Position numbers and translations under genes: made by a program. 32,000 nt of DNA from Candidatus Annandia pinicola (GTDB lineage: Bacteria; Pseudomonadota; Gammaproteobacteria; Enterobacterales; Enterobacteriaceae_A). The notes beneath the pieces are model-generated. The model was given only the letters and a program-made list of their open reading frames with translations. It had not been told where the DNA came from and did not search any database. The stretch covers positions 1 to 32,000 of the forward strand of contig NZ_CP045876.1 of the NCBI RefSeq assembly GCF_020541245.1, given 5' to 3'. Shown here piece by piece: positions 28,012 to 32,000 of this stretch; the stretch's first letter is position 1; the number at the start of each line of letters is the position of its first letter.

Positions 28012-28440
28012 ATGAATTTAAAATATAAATTTTATAAAAAAAATAGGGCATTTTTAAAAAATGCCCTAATTATTAATAATTTATATTTATTTTTAAAAAA
28101 AAAAAAATTTTTTTTTATAATAATAATTTTTTTTTTATTATTAATAAATAATTTTTTTTATACAACTATTAAATATTATAAACATATAATAATTAATATT
28201 ATATTATTAATTAATTTAAGCTATTTTTTTTATTTGAATTATAACAATAAAAGTATTTTAAAAAAATATTTAATTATTATAATAGATGAAATTTGTAATA
28301 TTAATTGGATAAATTATAAAAAAATTATTATAATATTTATATATACTATTTTAATTATATTATTTACATCTTTTTTTATATTTATTATAGATTATATTAT
28401 AATATATATTATTTCATTTTTAATAAAAATTAAATACTAA
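28012..28440 (+). CDS. secE: Preprotein translocase subunit SecE (start uncertain)
   Basis: It sits between tuf and rplK. It has three hydrophobic segments, as in E. coli SecE. The C-terminal part, SILKKYLIIIIDEICNINWINYKKIIIIFIYTIL...IIDYIIIYIISFL, parallels E. coli [26 protein letters not shown]...LDGILVRLVSFI. The track start at 28000 is a TTG overlapping the tuf stop, so I use the ATG at 28012. No further ATG exists in frame, so a start downstream of the hairpin would need TTG/ATT/ATA. Confidence 0.65.
   Translation: MNLKYKFYKKNRAFLKNALIINNLYLFLKKKKFFFIIIIFFLLLINNFFYTTIKYYKHIIINIILLINLSYFFYLNYNNKSILKKYLIIIIDEICNINWINYKKIIIIFIYTILIILFTSFFIFIIDYIIIYIISFLIKIKY
28044..28068 (+). terminator. 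G/C-cored 25-nt palindrome, probably a retained tuf terminator/attenuator hairpin
   Basis: TAGGGCATTTTTAAAAAATGCCCTA pairs perfectly as TAGGGCATTTT/AAAATGCCCTA. It starts 37 nt after the tuf stop and is followed by an A/T run. It is the only GGGC/GCCC pair in this neighbourhood. It lies inside the annotated 5' end of secE. Confidence 0.4.
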
Positions 28441-28483
28441 GTAATTGTATAATTAAATTTTATATAATAAAATAAGTGATAAT

Positions 28484-28915
28484 ATGTCTAAAAAAATTAA
28501 ATCTTATATTAAATTACAAATTTTAGCTGGTATGGCTAATCCAAGTCCACCAGTAGGTCCTGCTTTAGGACAACAAGGTGTTAATATTGCACAATTTTGT
28601 AATCTTTTTAATGAAAAAACAAAAGATTTCGAAAAAAAAATGCCTATTCCTGTTATTATAACAGTTTATTATGATAAATCTTTTGATTTTATAATAAAAA
28701 CACCACCAGCTTCTATTTTATTAAAAAAAGCAGCTAAAATTAAAAGTGGGGCAAATAAACCAAAAAAAGATAAAATAGGAAATATTACTTATAAACAAAT
28801 TAAAAAAATAGCCTTAATTAAATCTAAAGATATGAATAGTTTAAATTTAAAATCTCAAATAAAATCTATTAAAGGAACAGCTATTTCTATGGGTTTAACT
28901 ATAATAGATGATTAA
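28484..28915 (+). CDS. rplK: 50S ribosomal protein L11
   Basis: 143-aa [41 protein letters not shown] and [12 protein letters not shown] are near-identical to E. coli L11. Confidence 0.96.
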   Translation: MSKKIKSYIKLQILAGMANPSPPVGPALGQQGVNIAQFCNLFNEKTKDFEKKMPIPVIITVYYDKSFDFIIKTPPASILLKKAAKIKSGANKPKKDKIGNITYKQIKKIALIKSKDMNSLNLKSQIKSIKGTAISMGLTIIDD

Positions 28916-28932
28916 TAAATTAAAAAAACTAT

Positions 28933-29625
28933 ATGAATAAATTAAGTAAAAAATCAAATAAAAAATATTATAAATTTAATAAAAATAAAACATATAAATT
29001 TGATTATGCTATTGATATATTAAAAAAAAATACGATTTCTAGTTTCTTAGAAAGTGTAGATGTATCTATAAATTTAAATATTGATAAAAATAAAACTAAA
29101 AATAATATAAACAATTTTATAATATTACCATATAATATAAAAAAAAAGTTAAAAATAGTAGTATTTGCTCAAGGAAAAAACGCTGATTTAGCTAAAAAAT
29201 GTGGAGCTGATTTTGTAGGTATGGAAGATTTATTAGAATTAATAAAAAAAGATGAAATTAAATATGATGTTGTAATTGCTACACCAGATTCTGTAAAATT
29301 AATAAAATCTTTAGGACCAATATTAGGACCTAAAGGATTAATGCCTAATTCTAAATTAGATACTATTACTAATAATATAAAGAGTTCTATAAAAAATATT
29401 AAAAACGGAAAGATTCAATACAAAAGTGATAAAAATGGAATTATAAATACTACAATTGGTAAAATTAATTTTAAAAATTATGAATTAAAAGAAAATTTAA
29501 AATTTTTATTATCAGATATACAAAAACTAAAATATAATAAAAATAAAGGAAATTTTTTAAAAAAAGTTTATTTATCTACTACTATGGGAATAGCTATTAA
29601 TTTAATTATATCTAATATAATATAA
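28933..29625 (+). CDS. rplA: 50S ribosomal protein L1
   Basis: 230-aa ORF. FLESVDVSINLNID, VVFAQGKNADLAKKCGADFVGMEDL, YDVVIATPDSVKLIKSLGPILGPKGLMPN and DKNGIINTTIGKINF align with E. coli L1. Confidence 0.94.
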   Translation: MNKLSKKSNKKYYKFNKNKTYKFDYAIDILKKNTISSFLESVDVSINLNIDKNKTKNNINNFIILPYNIKKKLKIVVFAQGKNADLAKKCGADFVGMEDLLELIKKDEIKYDVVIATPDSVKLIKSLGPILGPKGLMPNSKLDTITNNIKSSIKNIKNGKIQYKSDKNGIINTTIGKINFKNYELKENLKFLLSDIQKLKYNKNKGNFLKKVYLSTTMGIAINLIISNII

Positions 29626-29686
29626 TTTTATAAATTATTATTAAAAATATGTTAATTTATAGTTTTAAATTAAGGAATTCAAATTA

Positions 29687-30178
29687 ATGATATTAAGTTT
29701 TAATAATAAAAAAAAAATTGTTAACAAAATTAGTAAAATAATATCTAAATCATTATCTATTATTATAATTAGTATTTGTGGCATAGAAGTGAATAAAATA
29801 ACAGAATTAAGAAAAAAATGTATAAAAAATAAAGTTTATTTAAAAATAGTACAAAATAATTTACTAAAAATAAGTATTAAAAATACTAAATACGAATGTT
29901 TAGAAAATAACATTGTAGGACCAACTATGATGGTTTGCTCTTTAGAACATCCTGGTACAGCTGCACGTTTATTAAAAGATTTTTTAAAAGAAAATAAAAA
30001 ACTTAGTATTAAAGCAGCTTCATTTGAAGGAAAATTAATAACTTCTGATAAAATTGATATATTAACAAATTTACCAACATATAAAGAATCTTTAATTAAT
30101 CTAATTAATATTCTTAAGGAAATATCAATAGGTAAGTTTATTAAATTATTAAATATTATAGTAAAAAAAAAAAAATAA
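29687..30178 (+). CDS. rplJ: 50S ribosomal protein L10
   Basis: 163-aa ORF with an AAGGA SD. KITELRKKCIKNKVYLKIVQNNLLK, VGPTMMVCSLEHPGTAARLLKDF and LTNLPTYKES align with E. coli [47 protein letters not shown] and LATLPTYEEA. Confidence 0.92.
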   Translation: MILSFNNKKKIVNKISKIISKSLSIIIISICGIEVNKITELRKKCIKNKVYLKIVQNNLLKISIKNTKYECLENNIVGPTMMVCSLEHPGTAARLLKDFLKENKKLSIKAASFEGKLITSDKIDILTNLPTYKESLINLINILKEISIGKFIKLLNIIVKKKK

Positions 30179-30201
30179 ATTAAAAAAAATAGGAAAATAT
30201 G

Positions 30202-30570
30202 ATGTCTTTTGATAAAGAAAAAATTGTTGATTTGATATCCAATATGTCTATTAAAGATATATTGGATTTAATTAAAAAAATAGAAAATAAATTTAATATT
30301 TCTTCTTCAGAATATATTAATAAAACAAATAGTGCAAGTGATAAAAAAATAGAAGAAAAAACTGAATTTAATATAATACTAAATTCAGTTGGTAAAAATA
30401 GAATAAGTGTAATTAAAGCTATACGTAGTATTACTAGTTTAGGATTAAAAGAATCTAAAAATCTTGTAGAATCTGCTCCAATATTAGTAAAAGAAAATAT
30501 AAATAAAGAAGAATGTCAAAAAATAAAAAAAACATTAGAAGATGTTGGTGCTAAGGTTGAAATTAAATAA
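30202..30570 (+). CDS. rplL: 50S ribosomal protein L7/L12 (second of two adjacent ATGs preferred)
   Basis: MSFDKEKIVDLISNMSIKDILDLIKKIENKF and EKTEFNIILNSVGKNRISVIKAIRSITSLGLKESKNLVESAP align with E. coli [31 protein letters not shown] and [42 protein letters not shown]. AGGA at 30191-30194 is 7 nt from the ATG at 30202 and only 4 nt from the ATG at 30199. Confidence 0.94.
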   Translation: MSFDKEKIVDLISNMSIKDILDLIKKIENKFNISSSEYINKTNSASDKKIEEKTEFNIILNSVGKNRISVIKAIRSITSLGLKESKNLVESAPILVKENINKEECQKIKKTLEDVGAKVEIK

Positions 30571-30590
30571 AAAAATTAAAATATTTTATG

Positions 30591-30637
30591 ATAATTATAC
30601 TACTAATAATTTTATAATTATTAGTAGTATTAATTAT
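30591..30637 (+). promoter_or_regulatory. Long hairpin in the rplL-rpoB spacer (candidate attenuator/processing site)
   Basis: TACTACTAATAATT (30598-30611) and AATTATTAGTAGTA (30616-30629) are perfect 14-bp complements around the loop TTAT. The pairing extends to about 21 bp (30591-30637) with one bulged T. It is located 20 nt after the rplL stop and 39 nt before the rpoB ATG. Confidence 0.45.
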
Positions 30638-30675
30638 AAAATAATTTATAAAAATTAATTATAGGAAAACATAAC

Positions 30676-32000
30676 ATGTTTGGTTTTAAAAAACATAAAC
30701 AAATTATTCGTAAAAGTTTTAATAAAAATCCTCAATTATTACAAGTACCATTTTTATTAGCTATTCAAATTAATTCTTTTAAAAGATTTTTAGAAATAGA
30801 TCCTAAATGTAAAAGAGGTTTAGAATCTGAATTAAAATCATTTTTTCCTATAATAGAAAAAAAAAAAAACATTGAAATTAGATATATAAAATATAAAATA
30901 AGTAAACCAGAAGATTCTCCTTCAGAATGTAAAATTAAAAGTAAAACATATTTTTCACCATTATATATAACATTTCAATTAATTCAATATAAAAATTTAT
31001 CAAAATCTAAAAAAATAAAAAAGATAACTGAACAAGAAGTTTTTATTGGTGAAATTCCTTTAATGACACCAACTGGATCTTTTATTATTAATGGAACAGA
31101 AAGAGTTGTAGTTTCTCAATTACATAGAAGTACAGGAATAATTTTTGATCATGATAAAGGTAAAAGCCATCCTTCTGGAAAGATATTATACAGATCAAGA
31201 GTTTTGCCTCAATCTGGATCTTGGTTAGATTTTGAATTTGATGTTAATGATCAATTACATTTAAGGATTAATCGTAGTCGTAAAATACCTGTTTATCTTA
31301 TATTAAAAGCATTGGGATATAATTCAAATGAAATATTAAGAATTTTTTTTAAAACAATTAAATTTAAAATTTTAAATAATAAATTTTATACAAAATTTAT
31401 ACCAAGCAACTTTAAAAATGTTATTTTAAATTTTGATATTAAATTTAAAAATAAAATATATGTTAAAAAAAATTCAAGAGTTGATTATAATAGTATAAAA
31501 AGAATGAAAGAAGATAATATAAAAGAAATAGAAGTACCAATAAGTTATATTATTGGTTCAGTTGTATCTAAAAGTTATTATGATAAACATAATAAAATAA
31601 TAATAAAAGTAAATAATAGGATTTCTATAAGATCATTATCAGAAATTGTTAAAAACAATTTTTTTTATATTGAAACTATTTTTATTAAAAAAAATAATAA
31701 CTTATATTATAAAAATGTAATAAATATTAATTATTATAATAAAGATAAAGCTTTAATGGAAATATATAAAATTATAAAACCTGGGGAATATGCTTCAAAA
31801 GAATTATCTGAATGTTTTTTTAAAAAAATATTCTTAGATAAAAAAAAATATAATTTATCTTTAGTAGGAAGATATAGATTTAATAAATCTTTAGGAATTC
31901 AAATAACTCATGGACATAATAATTTAAGTAAAAATGATATTGTTAGAATAATTAAAAAAATTATAGATATTAAAAATAAAGTTCAGAAAACAGATAGTAT
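30676..32000 (+). CDS. rpoB: RNA polymerase beta subunit, N-terminal ~441 codons (runs off the right edge; not in the ORF track because no stop is reached)
   Basis: The ATG at 30676 has an AGGA SD 9 nt upstream. The translation MFGFKKHKQIIRKSFNKNPQLLQVPFLLAIQINSFKRFLE...EQEVFIGEIPLMTPTGSFIINGTERVVVSQLHRSTGIIFDHDKGK...GSWLDFEFD aligns with E. coli RpoB ...[33 protein letters not shown]...[45 protein letters not shown]...GSWLDFEFD. Confidence 0.97.
   Translation, partial: MFGFKKHKQIIRKSFNKNPQLLQVPFLLAIQINSFKRFLEIDPKCKRGLESELKSFFPIIEKKKNIEIRYIKYKISKPEDSPSECKIKSKTYFSPLYITFQLIQYKNLSKSKKIKKITEQEVFIGEIPLMTPTGSFIINGTERVVVSQLHRSTGIIFDHDKGKSHPSGKILYRSRVLPQSGSWLDFEFDVNDQLHLRINRSRKIPVYLILKALGYNSNEILRIFFKTIKFKILNNKFYTKFIPSNFKNVILNFDIKFKNKIYVKKNSRVDYNSIKRMKEDNIKEIEVPISYIIGSVVSKSYYDKHNKIIIKVNNRISIRSLSEIVKNNFFYIETIFIKKNNNLYYKNVININYYNKDKALMEIYKIIKPGEYASKELSECFFKKIFLDKKKYNLSLVGRYRFNKSLGIQITHGHNNLSKNDIVRIIKKIIDIKNKVQKTDS

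Noticed and set aside
1-32000. An alternative genetic code (TGA read as Trp), as in some tiny symbiont genomes.
   Set aside because: All homologous genes translate full length with the standard table. Conserved Trp positions are TGG, and no in-frame TGA appears. TGA seems unused rather than reassigned in this window.
1-32000. A search for CRISPR arrays, IS elements or transposases, integrases, toxin-antitoxin pairs, rRNA, tmRNA, 4.5S or 6S RNA signatures.
   Set aside because: There are no direct-repeat/spacer arrays, no terminal inverted repeats flanking an ORF, and no unexplained ORFs. The only G/C islands outside CDSs are the tRNA-Asn, rnpB and the two hairpins already listed.

Overview
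This is an extremely A+T-rich, gene-dense window containing only housekeeping genes. Spacers are almost pure A/T; for example, positions 62-281 contain no G at all. The pattern fits a highly reduced obligate endosymbiont derived from Enterobacterales, with Buchnera/Blochmannia-style E. coli-collinear gene order. The exact taxon cannot be assigned from the sequence alone. I can support 34 protein genes, one tRNA-Asn(GUU) and a type-A RNase P RNA. Two of the protein genes are cut by the window edges: metK on the left and rpoB on the right. In order the content is: metK(-), tkt, pgk, a decayed fbaA-like ORF, rpiA(-), ygfZ(-), prfB, lysS, lysA, tRNA-Asn(-), miaA, rlmB, rpsF, rpsR, rplI, rnpB(-), ppa, rsmD(-), ftsY, yhgN(-), asd, nfuA(-), aroB, rpe, trpS, tsgA(-), rpsL, rpsG, fusA, tuf, secE, rplK, rplA, rplJ, rplL, rpoB. 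I see no rRNA, mobile elements, CRISPR, prophage or defence/accessory cargo, and no convincing novel multi-gene system. The observations most worth a second look are these. (1) An intact 250-codon ORF in the fbaA position is recognisably a class II aldolase, but all three zinc ligands and the catalytic Asp are replaced and the C-terminal quarter (about 95 residues) is missing. (2) A single tuf gene joins the str operon directly to secE-rplKAJL-rpoB, with nusG absent. (3) Ribosomal protein S12 carries a 34-residue Lys/Asn tail made by reading through what is normally the rpsL-rpsG spacer. (4) None of the 32 complete genes ends in TGA, yet an intact RF2 gene without the programmed frameshift is retained. 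(5) A G/C-cored palindrome lies just after tuf, inside the 5' end of the annotated secE. (6) Essential genes contain very long slippage-prone poly(A) tracts. Comparisons to E. coli proteins and RNAs are from my memory of those sequences, not from a database search.
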